From Tenacibaculum sp. (lineage in GTDB: Bacteria; Bacteroidota; Bacteroidia; Flavobacteriales; Flavobacteriaceae), in assembly GCA_965242715.1 (NCBI GenBank), contig OZ251501.1:1945732-2009731 (forward strand): 64,000 bases of DNA, written 5' to 3'. The notes under the pieces are model-generated. The model was not told where the DNA came from. It ran no database searches and saw only the letters and a program-made list of their open reading frames with translations. The position numbers and the translations under genes were made by a program. Shown one piece after another: positions 1 to 8,770 of the stretch; position 1 is the stretch's first letter, and each line of letters begins with the position of its first letter.

Positions 1-246
1 CAAATTGAAACAGCTTCACTTAAAAAACGTGGCGAAGAAATTACACCCGAAAAAGAAGCTGAATTATTCGATAAAATTAAATCGCGTTACGATAATCAAA
101 TTTCTCCATATTACGCAGCTTCTAGAATCTGGACTGATGCAGTTATAAATCCGTTAGATACTAGAACTTGGATTTCTATGGGAATTGAAGCCGCAAACCA
201 TGCACCCATTGAAAAGAAGTTTAATTTAGGGATTTTACAGGTTTAG
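1..246 (+). CDS. Acyl-CoA carboxylase carboxyltransferase (beta) subunit, C-terminal part (5' end outside window)
   Basis: Frame 1 is open from the window edge to TAG at 244-246. It translates to ...QISPYYAASRIWTDAVINPLDTRTWISMGIEAANHAPIEKKFNLGILQV*, a typical C-terminus of methylcrotonyl/propionyl-CoA carboxylase beta chains. Confidence 0.7.
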   Translation, partial: QIETASLKKRGEEITPEKEAELFDKIKSRYDNQISPYYAASRIWTDAVINPLDTRTWISMGIEAANHAPIEKKFNLGILQV

Positions 247-302
247 CAAATTTTAACATCGATTTTTAAAACAAAAAATTACAAGATAAATATATATTAG
301 AA

Positions 303-1019
303 ATGGGAAGAGCATTCGAATTAAGAAAAGGACGTAAAATGAAACGTTGGTCTGCAATGGCAAAAACTTTTACCAGAATTGGTAAAGATATTGTTATGGC
401 TATTAAAGATGGAGGTGGAAACCCAGAAACCAACTCACGTTTAAGAGCTGTTATTCAAAATGCAAAGGCTGCAAATATGCCTAAAGAAAATGTAGAACGC
501 GCTATTAAAAAAGCTTCTGACAAAGACACTAGCAACTATAAAGAAGTGTTATTTGAAGGCTACGCACCTCACGGAATTGCTATAATTGTAGAAACTGCAA
601 CTGACAACAATAATAGAACCGTTGCTAATGTGAGAGCTATTTTTAATAAATGTGATGGAAACTTAGGAACTTCAGGTTCAGTAATTTTTATGTTTGACCA
701 TACCTGTACATTTACCATTAAAAAAGAAGATATTACCATAAGTTTAGAAGAACTAGAATTAGAATTAATAGATTTTGATGTTGAAGAAGTTTTTGATGAT
801 GAAGAAGGTATAATTATCTACGCCCCTTTTGAACAGTTTGGTGCAATTCAATCTTTCTTTGAAGAAGAAAAAGCAGAAATTTTATCTTCTGGATTTGAAC
901 GAATCCCTACTACAACAAATAAACTAGATGAAGAACAACAAGCTGACGTTGAAAAACTATTAGAAAAGTTAGAAGAAGATGATGATGTACAGAGTGTGTA
1001 TCATTCAATGGAAATGTAG
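303..1019 (+). CDS. yebC: YebC/PmpR family DNA-binding transcriptional regulator
   Basis: 238 aa. The N-terminus MGRAFELRKGRKMKRWSAMAKTFTRIGKDIVMAIKDGGGNPETNSRLRAVIQNAKAANMPKENVERAIKKA is the YebC family signature. Confidence 0.93.
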   Translation: MGRAFELRKGRKMKRWSAMAKTFTRIGKDIVMAIKDGGGNPETNSRLRAVIQNAKAANMPKENVERAIKKASDKDTSNYKEVLFEGYAPHGIAIIVETATDNNNRTVANVRAIFNKCDGNLGTSGSVIFMFDHTCTFTIKKEDITISLEELELELIDFDVEEVFDDEEGIIIYAPFEQFGAIQSFFEEEKAEILSSGFERIPTTTNKLDEEQQADVEKLLEKLEEDDDVQSVYHSMEM

Positions 1020-2086
1020 CTCAAAGAACATCTTATAAATTTAAGTAAATCCAACGTTTTTTCTCGTTGTATTTTTTTTGTTGCAGTCTCTATAAATTGC
1101 TTTATAAAGTATATTTCCTTCGGAAGTTCATATTTAGAAAGGTTTTGAATTTCTTTTAAATTGATCTTTTGCTTTTCACTTTCAATAATCAATACTAATT
1201 TTTCTCCCAAAATAGCATCAAAAATTCCAGCAACAAAAAAACGCTCTTTTATAATTTTTGATAATTTTTCTTCTATCTTTTCTGGATGCAGTTTTACTCC
1301 GCCAGAATTAATCACGTTATCAAAACGTCCTAACCATTCAAACTGAACATCAGAAACTAATTGAATTACGTCATTTGTTATAATTAATTCATCCGATATT
1401 TTTGGTGCTTCTATAACTAAACAATTTCGTTGGTCTATATATATATATACATCAGGAAGTGTTTTATAGACTTCACAGGTTTTAAAAACCTGAGAGGTCT
1501 TATTCAATCTTTTTACCGCAATATGCGTAATTGTTTCTGTCATTCCATACGTGACAAAAACCTGTGTAGAACACTTTTGTAATTTACTTTTCAGTTCTTT
1601 TGAAACAACTCCACCTCCAATAATTATCTTATTGATTAAGCGCAATTTATCTAATGAATTTTGCACCTGCATTGGTACCATTGCACAAAAATCATATTGT
1701 TTTTTTATCCCGCGAAGCGGAAAAGAACTTAGGGCAACAACATCTAATTTCCAACCGAGCGTTAATGCCCTAACTAACATCATTTTTCCTGCAATATAAT
1801 TGGGCGACAGACATAATAGAGCTGTCGTGTTTTTTGGTAAATCAAAGAATTTTCCTGTTGCTAAAGCAGAGTTTACCATAAACGCTATTTTAAGTTTAAT
1901 CGCTTTTGGTTTTCCTGTTGAGCCAGAAGTTTGCACCGTAATGTTTTCTAAAGTAAACCAATCAAACAAAAAGGGGTATATAGATGGCACTTTATAACGC
2001 GCAAATGCCAACAATTCATTTACAGAAGAAAATGAATTACCGTTTAATGCAAAACTTCTATGAAAACTATTCTGTTTCAGCTTCAT
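1001..2086 (-). CDS. menE: AMP-binding (adenylate-forming) enzyme, o-succinylbenzoate-CoA ligase-like
   Basis: 361 aa with TSGSTGKPK and YGMTET adenylation motifs. It lies in a menC/menA neighbourhood. It contains an in-frame palindromic repeat (see findings). Its 3' end overlaps yebC by 19 bp. Confidence 0.72.
   Translation of the reverse strand: MKLKQNSFHRSFALNGNSFSSVNELLAFARYKVPSIYPFLFDWFTLENITVQTSGSTGKPKAIKLKIAFMVNSALATGKFFDLPKNTTALLCLSPNYIAGKMMLVRALTLGWKLDVVALSSFPLRGIKKQYDFCAMVPMQVQNSLDKLRLINKIIIGGGVVSKELKSKLQKCSTQVFVTYGMTETITHIAVKRLNKTSQVFKTCEVYKTLPDVYIYIDQRNCLVIEAPKISDELIITNDVIQLVSDVQFEWLGRFDNVINSGGVKLHPEKIEEKLSKIIKERFFVAGIFDAILGEKLVLIIESEKQKINLKEIQNLSKYELPKEIYFIKQFIETATKKIQREKTLDLLKFIRCSLSYISIE
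1469..1499. repeat. REP-like 31-nt palindrome (degenerate copy, inside the menE-like CDS)
   Basis: gacttcacaggttttaaaaacctgagaggtc, compared with the family consensus GACCTCACAGGTTTTTAAAACCTGTGAGGTC. Confidence 0.8.
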
Positions 2087-3023
2087 CTAAAACGCTGTAA
2101 TTTTCTTTTAAATTAACCATGCTTGGTTTTTCAATTTTACCAAATAATTTTTCTTTCCAATTTCTCCAACCATATTTTTTTGACAAAATCAATAAATACA
2201 ACGGGTAACCAACAAAAACAGGAATATACATTAACCACATTAAATCTGGTTCAGACGTATCTATAAGTAATGCATCGGTTTGAAAAACCATCCAATTAGA
2301 AGTTATTAAAGTTGCCGCAACAATATTATTTATAGCATGAATACCTAAAGCTAATTCTGTTCCTTCATCCATTAAAGTAGTAATTCCGAACAAAAGACCT
2401 GTACCTATATAAAAAATCATAATGCTAAAACCTACTTTTTCTACTTCTGGGTTTAGGCTGTGTAGCAGACCAAAAAGCACAGATGTAACCAGCAAAGGCA
2501 ACCATCTATTTTTTGCTAAAATACCTAAACCTTGCATTAAATATCCTCTAAATAATAATTCTTCTAAAGATGTTTGAAGCGGAATTAAAAGTAAAGAAAC
2601 CAGCAATAATGCAAAAAATGATGCAGGTTTAAAGTTCCATACATATGCTTCTGGATTTAAAAAATAACCAATAGCTAAAAACACTATTGCAAAAACGCCC
2701 CAAGTTACAAAACCAAACCAAAAACGTTTCCAATCAATTGATTTTCTACTTGTTACTAACGATATAATTGAACGCCTATGTAAAAACTTAACAAACAAGA
2801 GTAATAGAATTAACAATACTACAAAAGGAATTAAATTCTCTAATAAATATACATTTTTATTTCCTTTAAAGTTTTCTGTTTCTAAGGTTAGCTCTTCAAA
2901 AACCTCAGGCATAAAAAAGAAAACAACAAAGTTTAATATAAACGGAGACATTACTATTAATATGGTTATTAAATAACGCCACCAGTTATTTTTACCTTTG
3001 TATGCTTGTTGTATAAAGTTCAT
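2067..3023 (-). CDS. CPBP family intramembrane glutamic endopeptidase (CAAX protease-like)
   Basis: 318 aa, polytopic membrane protein. It has the EELLFRG and FGLLH motifs typical of the Abi/CPBP family. Confidence 0.8.
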   Translation of the reverse strand: MNFIQQAYKGKNNWWRYLITILIVMSPFILNFVVFFFMPEVFEELTLETENFKGNKNVYLLENLIPFVVLLILLLLFVKFLHRRSIISLVTSRKSIDWKRFWFGFVTWGVFAIVFLAIGYFLNPEAYVWNFKPASFFALLLVSLLLIPLQTSLEELLFRGYLMQGLGILAKNRWLPLLVTSVLFGLLHSLNPEVEKVGFSIMIFYIGTGLLFGITTLMDEGTELALGIHAINNIVAATLITSNWMVFQTDALLIDTSEPDLMWLMYIPVFVGYPLYLLILSKKYGWRNWKEKLFGKIEKPSMVNLKENYSVLDEAETE

Positions 3024-3039
3024 TTATTTTTATTTTTTA

Positions 3040-3070
3040 GACCTCACAGGTTTTTAAAACCTGTGAGGTC
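3040..3070. repeat. REP-like 31-nt perfect palindrome
   Basis: gacctcacaggtttttaaaacctgtgaggtc. It overlaps the last 8 codons and the stop of menC. Confidence 0.9.
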
Positions 3071-4099
3071 TAATTTCCATTTCTTTGTTAAATTGTATTG
3101 CAAAGTACCATTTTTTACTTCAAGCGGACTTTCAAAATTATTGGTAAATAGGCTTCCTGTTCCGAGACCTTGAGCTAATGGGTTTTGCAATAAATACGCC
3201 CACTGTGCAATAGCATTTAAACCCACATTACTTTCTAACGCAGATGTTATCCAATTATCTATAGTGTGTTTTTTTGCAATCGAAATCCATTCTTGGCTTC
3301 CTTTAAAACCACCTACTAAGCTTGGTTTTAAAATAATATATTGCGGTTTAATTGTAGTAATACATTTTTCTTTTTCTTTGGAAGAAAATACGCCAATCAA
3401 CTCTTCATCTAAAGCAATTGGCAATGGTGTATTTGCACACAAACTAGCCATTTCTTGCCATTGACCTCGTTTAATGGGTTGTTCTATAGAATGAATTTCT
3501 AACTCTGACAACCATTTTAATTTCTCTAATGCTTCAGAAGGTTTAAATGCTCCGTTTGCATCTACACGTAACGTAATCTCTTTAGATGAAAATTCTTTTC
3601 TAATCGATTTTAAGAGTTCAATTTCTGTATCAAAATCTATAGCACCTATTTTCATTTTTAGGATTGTAAATCCTTTTTTTAGCTTCTCTTTAATTTGTTG
3701 TTGCATAAAAGCTTTATTACCCATCCACACTAAACCGTTGATAGGAATTAATGCTTTTCCTTGGGTAAATTTTGAGGGAAATAATTCAAATTTATTTTTT
3801 GAAGTTACTGATAAAAAAGCTTGTTCTAATCCGAATTGAATCGATGGAAACTCGCAGAGTTCTTTTAGTAAAAAAACGAGTCCTAAATTAATGTTTTGGC
3901 AAACCCACTCTAATTTTTCTTCGTAATTAGGTTTATCATCTATACTTAACCCTCTAAACAATCCACATTCGCCAATGCCCTGTCTCCTATCTTTTTCGAG
4001 CAATAGAAAATAAGTTTCTTTTGTTTTTAATACACCTCGTGATGTTCCTCTTGGTTGTTTAAAGTTGAGAATGTATTTTTTGTAGGTTGCTTTTATCAT
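3044..4099 (-). CDS. menC: o-Succinylbenzoate synthase (enolase superfamily)
   Basis: 351 aa. Enolase-superfamily pattern (LKMKIG, RVDANGAF, IEQP, LDEE) in a men gene context. Confidence 0.8.
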   Translation of the reverse strand: MIKATYKKYILNFKQPRGTSRGVLKTKETYFLLLEKDRRQGIGECGLFRGLSIDDKPNYEEKLEWVCQNINLGLVFLLKELCEFPSIQFGLEQAFLSVTSKNKFELFPSKFTQGKALIPINGLVWMGNKAFMQQQIKEKLKKGFTILKMKIGAIDFDTEIELLKSIRKEFSSKEITLRVDANGAFKPSEALEKLKWLSELEIHSIEQPIKRGQWQEMASLCANTPLPIALDEELIGVFSSKEKEKCITTIKPQYIILKPSLVGGFKGSQEWISIAKKHTIDNWITSALESNVGLNAIAQWAYLLQNPLAQGLGTGSLFTNNFESPLEVKNGTLQYNLTKKWKLDLTGFKNL

Positions 4100-4169
4100 T
4101 AACTTTTTCTGTCCTTTTTGTGCTGTTATTTCTATAAAAACAGGAGTCTAAACTTATGCCTGTATGGGT

Positions 4170-4298
4170 TTCCTGTTTTCACAGGAATAACAAAACCTTA
4201 GCAAGTACACTTGCGTTAGGGATTGAACGATTTTTGTTTGAGCTCGTTGAGGAACGAAAACAGCGAGTAGTGAAAGCCCGCTCGAACGCCCAAAATAA
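4170..4298. repeat. Intergenic structured repeats: ttcctgt-tttc-acaggaa hairpin plus an about 90-nt 'family B' repeat
   Basis: Hairpin at 4170-4187. The segment 4201-4298 (gcgttagggattgaacg...agcgagtagtgaaagcccgctcgaacgcccaaaataa) recurs inverted at 63221-63308 and as a related copy at 23153-23262. Confidence 0.75.
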
Positions 4299-4302
4299 TA
4301 GT

Positions 4303-4818
4303 TTAATTTTTTTCCACCATTTCTTTAAATCGATTCATATACCCCAAACTAACATCTTTAAGTTTCCCTTTAAAATACGGAAACATACATGCCATTAAAT
4401 AGCCTTTCGCCCTGACAGTACAATGCTGCACAACTTTGGTTTTATTACCATTAGCGGTAAAATTATAATCGTCGGTTTTTATCATTTGGTCAGAATCGAA
4501 CTGAAAAGTCAATTTTTCATTGGGTACATATGCCATTATTTTTTCAGTCATTATTACTTCTTCTCCTTGATTTTCTATCGTCATTTTATAAGTACTGCCT
4601 AATTTTCCAACTTTTTCTTCTATAGGTTCTATAGACTTTATTTCAGGCAACCATTCTTGTCGCTTATCTGCATCTTCAAACAATGCGAAAACTTCATTTA
4701 TGGGTTTATCTATCTCTACTTCAGTAGTATACTTTATTTCTTTTACAACTACACCTGTGGCAAAAAAGATTACTGATAATGTGATAATGATTCCGAGGAT
4801 AATTTTTATTGCTTTCAT
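4303..4818 (-). CDS. SRPBCC-fold protein with N-terminal membrane anchor
   Basis: 171 aa. N-terminal TM helix followed by a START/Bet v1-like pattern (KPINEVFALFEDADKRQEWLPEIKS...). Confidence 0.65.
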   Translation of the reverse strand: MKAIKIILGIIITLSVIFFATGVVVKEIKYTTEVEIDKPINEVFALFEDADKRQEWLPEIKSIEPIEEKVGKLGSTYKMTIENQGEEVIMTEKIMAYVPNEKLTFQFDSDQMIKTDDYNFTANGNKTKVVQHCTVRAKGYLMACMFPYFKGKLKDVSLGYMNRFKEMVEKN

Positions 4819-4875
4819 TTTATAAAATTGTAATTAAATTTGTGAATAGGTCTCGACTGCGCTGGGTCTGACAAT

Positions 4876-5553
4876 TTATAACGTTATAGACTCTCCTATT
4901 TCTAGTAAAATTAGTTCTTTATTGGCTTTTTTGAATTGTTGTTTTGCTTGTGCTGTATTAATTTCTATGGGCGGAAATGTATTGAAATGACAACCGATTA
5001 CTTTATTACACTCCACCAAACTGGAAGCTATAATTGCGTCTTCGACTCCCATTGTAAAAGTATCTCCTATTGGGAATATGGAAGCTGTTAGTTTTGTTGT
5101 CATCGAAATGAGTTTCATATCCATTGTAACCGCAGTATCGCCAGCGATATATAGTGATTTTTTTTCTGATGAAATTACAAATCCGCCTGGTTGCCCTCCG
5201 TACGTTCCGTCTGCAAATGAGGATGTATGGATAGCGTTTACATATTTAGCGGAAAAGGTTTCCGTTTTAAAAGTTCCTCCGTGATTTATTGGATGCCCTT
5301 TTAATCCTTTTGCTTCGTAATACAGTACTATTTCGTAATTGGAAACAATGATAGCGTTCGTTTTTTTTACCAACACCTCAACATCTAAAACGTGATCTTG
5401 ATGTGCGTGTGTAAGCAAAATATAATTGGCTTTTAAAGTGTCTATATTGATGTTTTTAGCAAGTGGATTTCCTGTAATAAATGGATCTACAAGAATGTTT
5501 GTTTCGTTTATTTTAATATGGAAACTTGCGTGACCGAGAAAGGTTATTTTCAT
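4876..5553 (-). CDS. Metal-dependent hydrolase, MBL fold (UPF0173 type)
   Basis: 225 aa. MKITFLGHASF...LLTHAHQDH metallo-beta-lactamase motif. Confidence 0.85.
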   Translation of the reverse strand: MKITFLGHASFHIKINETNILVDPFITGNPLAKNINIDTLKANYILLTHAHQDHVLDVEVLVKKTNAIIVSNYEIVLYYEAKGLKGHPINHGGTFKTETFSAKYVNAIHTSSFADGTYGGQPGGFVISSEKKSLYIAGDTAVTMDMKLISMTTKLTASIFPIGDTFTMGVEDAIIASSLVECNKVIGCHFNTFPPIEINTAQAKQQFKKANKELILLEIGESITL

Positions 5554-5575
5554 TTTTTTTGATTGAATGCTAAAG

Positions 5576-6517
5576 TTACAAAATGTTCCCTAATCCAAAT
5601 AAAATAGCAAACAAAAATGTACTCAATGCAACTTTTTTAAGCTCTCCATCTAATTTAGAAAATATAATATTTCTTGCAACCACATTAATATTCATTGCTA
5701 AAGGAATAAAAGCGATTAAAAACAAATATTGAAAAGGTGAATAATAGTTTAATTGCACGTACACTATTGCAGAAGTTAAAGCGGCAAGAATTAATAAGTA
5801 GTGATATATTTTTGCTTTTTGACTTCCCATTTTTACTACTACGGTATTCTTATTTGCTTTCTTATCTTCTATTTGATCTCGCATATTGTTAAGATTTAAC
5901 ACTGCAACAGATAGTAATCCGATTGAAATTGCTGGCAATAAAATTTCAAAATTTAATTGTTTAGTATACAAAAAATAGGTTCCAACAACCGCTACTAAAC
6001 CGAAAAATACAAAGACAAATACATCTCCAAATCCGCTATAACCATACGCCGAATTACCAACTGTATATTTAATTGCTGCTGTAATTGATGCTATTCCTAA
6101 TCCGAAAAATAAAACTGAATACCCAAAATTTTCTTTTCCGAAGGAAGTATAAATAAGTAATAACGCAACAATTAATGTAAAAATGGTTGTTACAACCATT
6201 GCTAATTTCATTTGTTTAGGAGAAATTGCTCCTGAAGCAACCATTCTTGCTTCTCCTTTTCTGTTATTGTCAGTTCCTTTTATTCCATCGCCATAATCAT
6301 TTGCAAAGTTTGATAGTATTTGGAAACCGATTGTGGTTAGAATTGCTAACCAGAAAATTGGTGTTTCCCATGGATACATCTTTGGAATAAACATAAATGA
6401 TAACGATTGTACATTATGTAAACTGTCCAATAAGCCTAAAAAAGCACCAACAATAATTCCAGAAATTGATAACGGTAAAGTTCTTAAACGTGCTGCTTTT
6501 ATGTAGTTTTTTAGCAT
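5576..6517 (-). CDS. menA: 1,4-dihydroxy-2-naphthoate polyprenyltransferase (UbiA family)
   Basis: 313 aa, polytopic. NDYGDGIKGTDN UbiA-type aspartate-rich motif in men gene context. Confidence 0.88.
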   Translation of the reverse strand: MLKNYIKAARLRTLPLSISGIIVGAFLGLLDSLHNVQSLSFMFIPKMYPWETPIFWLAILTTIGFQILSNFANDYGDGIKGTDNNRKGEARMVASGAISPKQMKLAMVVTTIFTLIVALLLIYTSFGKENFGYSVLFFGLGIASITAAIKYTVGNSAYGYSGFGDVFVFVFFGLVAVVGTYFLYTKQLNFEILLPAISIGLLSVAVLNLNNMRDQIEDKKANKNTVVVKMGSQKAKIYHYLLILAALTSAIVYVQLNYYSPFQYLFLIAFIPLAMNINVVARNIIFSKLDGELKKVALSTFLFAILFGLGNIL

Positions 6518-6533
6518 TTGTTTTTTGTAAACA

Positions 6534-6567
6534 GAAACCTCACAGGTTTTAAAAACCCATGAGGTCT
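6534..6567. repeat. REP-like palindrome (intergenic copy)
   Basis: gaaacctcacaggttttaaaaacccatgaggtct. Confidence 0.85.
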
Positions 6568-6574
6568 AAACTTT

Positions 6575-7354
6575 CTATAAATTATTAGCCTCCGCAATTA
6601 ATTCGGCAATGTCTTGTACTTTTACTTGACTTTCTTTTTCTTTGAATTTTATTCCGTCTGTCATCATAGTATTACAATACGGGCAGCCTGTTGCAATAAT
6701 TTGTGGCTTGGTTTCTAAAGCGTCTTCTGTTCTTAAAACATTTATCTCTTTATCTCCTTTTTCTGCATCTTTAAACATTTGTGCTCCGCCAGCCCCACAA
6801 CATAGAGCTGTAGATTTATGACGTTTCATCTCTGTTAAATTAACGCCTAATCGGCGAATTAAATCACGTGGCGATTCATAGACATCATTGGCTCTTCCTA
6901 AATAACAAGGATCGTGATAGGTTACTCGTTTACCTTTTAAGTTTGTATCGTTAATCGTTAATCGACCTTGGTCAACTAGTTTTTTAATAAATTGTGTGTG
7001 ATGAAACACTTCATATTTTCCACCTAAACCAGGATATTCGTTCTTTAGGGTATTAAAAGAATGTGGGTCACAAGTAACTATAGTTTTCACTTTATATCCA
7101 TTTAAAATCTCAATATTGGTCATTGCTTGCATTTGAAACAGAAACTCGTTTCCTGCTCTTTTAGCAGCATCTCCAGTTGAACTTTCTTGAGTTCCCAACA
7201 CTGCAAAGTCTACCTTTGCTTGATGTAAAATCTTTACAAAAGCTCTTGATATTTTTTTTGCTCTATCATCATAACTTCCTGCAGCGCCAACCCAAAACAA
7301 TACTTCTGGTTGTTTGCCTTGAGCCTTCATATATGCCATTGTTGGTACGTTCAT
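6575..7354 (-). CDS. (Fe-S)-binding protein with CCG cysteine-rich domains (HdrB/GlpC-like)
   Basis: 259 aa. CCG-type motifs (DPCYLGR, CCGAGG, GCPYC). Paired with the upstream membrane Fe-S protein. Confidence 0.8.
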   Translation of the reverse strand: MNVPTMAYMKAQGKQPEVLFWVGAAGSYDDRAKKISRAFVKILHQAKVDFAVLGTQESSTGDAAKRAGNEFLFQMQAMTNIEILNGYKVKTIVTCDPHSFNTLKNEYPGLGGKYEVFHHTQFIKKLVDQGRLTINDTNLKGKRVTYHDPCYLGRANDVYESPRDLIRRLGVNLTEMKRHKSTALCCGAGGAQMFKDAEKGDKEINVLRTEDALETKPQIIATGCPYCNTMMTDGIKFKEKESQVKVQDIAELIAEANNL

Positions 7355-7432
7355 ATTCTAAGTATTGAGTTGTTAGTTTTAAATTTTGAGTTATTCAACT
7401 AATAATTAAACACTCATCATTCAAAATTTATT

Positions 7433-8749
7433 TTATTCTTCGTCTTTCCAATTTAATCTATCTTGTTGACTATACTGCCAAGGCGCTCCGTTATTTTCAA
7501 TATTTGCCATCATCATATTTAACTCTTGTGGGGCAGCAGATTCTTCCATTACCAAATATCTTCTCATATCCATAATAATAGATAACGGATCAATGCCTAT
7601 TGGGCATTCTTGCACACAAGCATTACAACTTGTACACGCCCATAATTCTTCTGGAGAAATATAATCGTTTAATAATTGCTTTCCATCATCTTTAAAAACG
7701 CCATTATTAGCGTCTATATTTGCGCCAACTTCTTCCAACCGATCACGAGTATCCATCATAATTTTACGAGGTGATAATTTTTTACCGGTTAAACTTGCTG
7801 GACATGATGATGTACAACGCCCACACTCAGTACATGTATATGCATTCATTAACTGCACCCAGTTTAAATCGGTAACGTCAGACGCTCCAAACTTTTCTGG
7901 CACTTCACTTTCTGATCCTTCTTCTGGCATTGCGTACGGATCTGCGTCTGGATCCATCATTAATTTTACTTCAATAGTAACTGCTTCTAAATTATTGAAT
8001 TGTCCTTTTGGTTTCAAATTGGCAAAAAACGTGTTTGGAAATGCCAATAGAATGTGCAAATGCTTTGAATAATATAAATAATTTAGGAAAATTAAAATCC
8101 CAACAATATGTAGCCACCACGCTATTTTTTCTATAGTATGTAATTCTTCCGAAGAAAAACCACTAAACCAAGGCGCTATATATTGTGATACTATATTACC
8201 AATTTCTGCTTCTTGAAAACTTGTATCTGTAGCATTCATTACTAAAAACAACGTCATTAAAACCATTTCGAAATAGAGGATAATATTTCCGTCGCTCTTT
8301 GGCCAACCTTTCATTTCACTACTCAAAAAACGTTTTATTTGTGCTATATTTCTTCTAAACCAGAAAATAACAACTGCAATTAGCACTAATAGAGCTAGTA
8401 CTTCGAAGTTCCCTATTAGAAATCCATATAAAGTGTCTCTAATAATTGGTTTAAAAATACGGTGTGTACCAAACAAACCATCTATAACTATTTCTAAAAC
8501 TTCAATATTTATAAGAATAAAACCAACATACACCACAATATGTAAAACTCCAGGTAATGGGCGTCGCACCATTTTGTATTGCCCTAAAGCAATTTTTATC
8601 ATATTTTTCCAACGAGCTGGTTGGTTATCGCTTCTATCAACGTTTTTTCCTAATTTAATATTTCTAATTAGTTTACGAACGTTCATTACAAAAAAACCGA
8701 TTCCCGCAATTAAAATTAATGCAAAAAATATGTTTGGTAAATATTCCAT
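7433..8749 (-). CDS. Membrane-anchored (Fe-S)-binding oxidoreductase with a 4Fe-4S dicluster domain
   Basis: 438 aa. Several N-terminal TM helices, then CTECGRCTSSCP and CTSCNACVQECP ferredoxin motifs. Confidence 0.8.
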   Translation of the reverse strand: MEYLPNIFFALILIAGIGFFVMNVRKLIRNIKLGKNVDRSDNQPARWKNMIKIALGQYKMVRRPLPGVLHIVVYVGFILINIEVLEIVIDGLFGTHRIFKPIIRDTLYGFLIGNFEVLALLVLIAVVIFWFRRNIAQIKRFLSSEMKGWPKSDGNIILYFEMVLMTLFLVMNATDTSFQEAEIGNIVSQYIAPWFSGFSSEELHTIEKIAWWLHIVGILIFLNYLYYSKHLHILLAFPNTFFANLKPKGQFNNLEAVTIEVKLMMDPDADPYAMPEEGSESEVPEKFGASDVTDLNWVQLMNAYTCTECGRCTSSCPASLTGKKLSPRKIMMDTRDRLEEVGANIDANNGVFKDDGKQLLNDYISPEELWACTSCNACVQECPIGIDPLSIIMDMRRYLVMEESAAPQELNMMMANIENNGAPWQYSQQDRLNWKDEE

Positions 8750-8770
8750 TAGTATTGTTTTGTTAGTTTC

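Noticed and set aside
1161-1997. Three + strand ORFs (1161..1346, 1551..1799, 1800..1997) inside the menE-like gene
   Set aside because: They are antisense to a well-supported AMP-binding CDS and have low-complexity, Phe/Ile/Ser-rich translations typical of AT-rich antisense frames. The same reasoning applies to the other short antisense ORFs inside tamB, lptD-like, the transposases, ydeP and DUF349.
4156-4398. 80-aa + strand ORF
   Set aside because: It is built entirely from the hairpin and family B repeat and then runs antisense into the SRPBCC gene. The repeat recurs in the opposite orientation elsewhere, which argues against coding.
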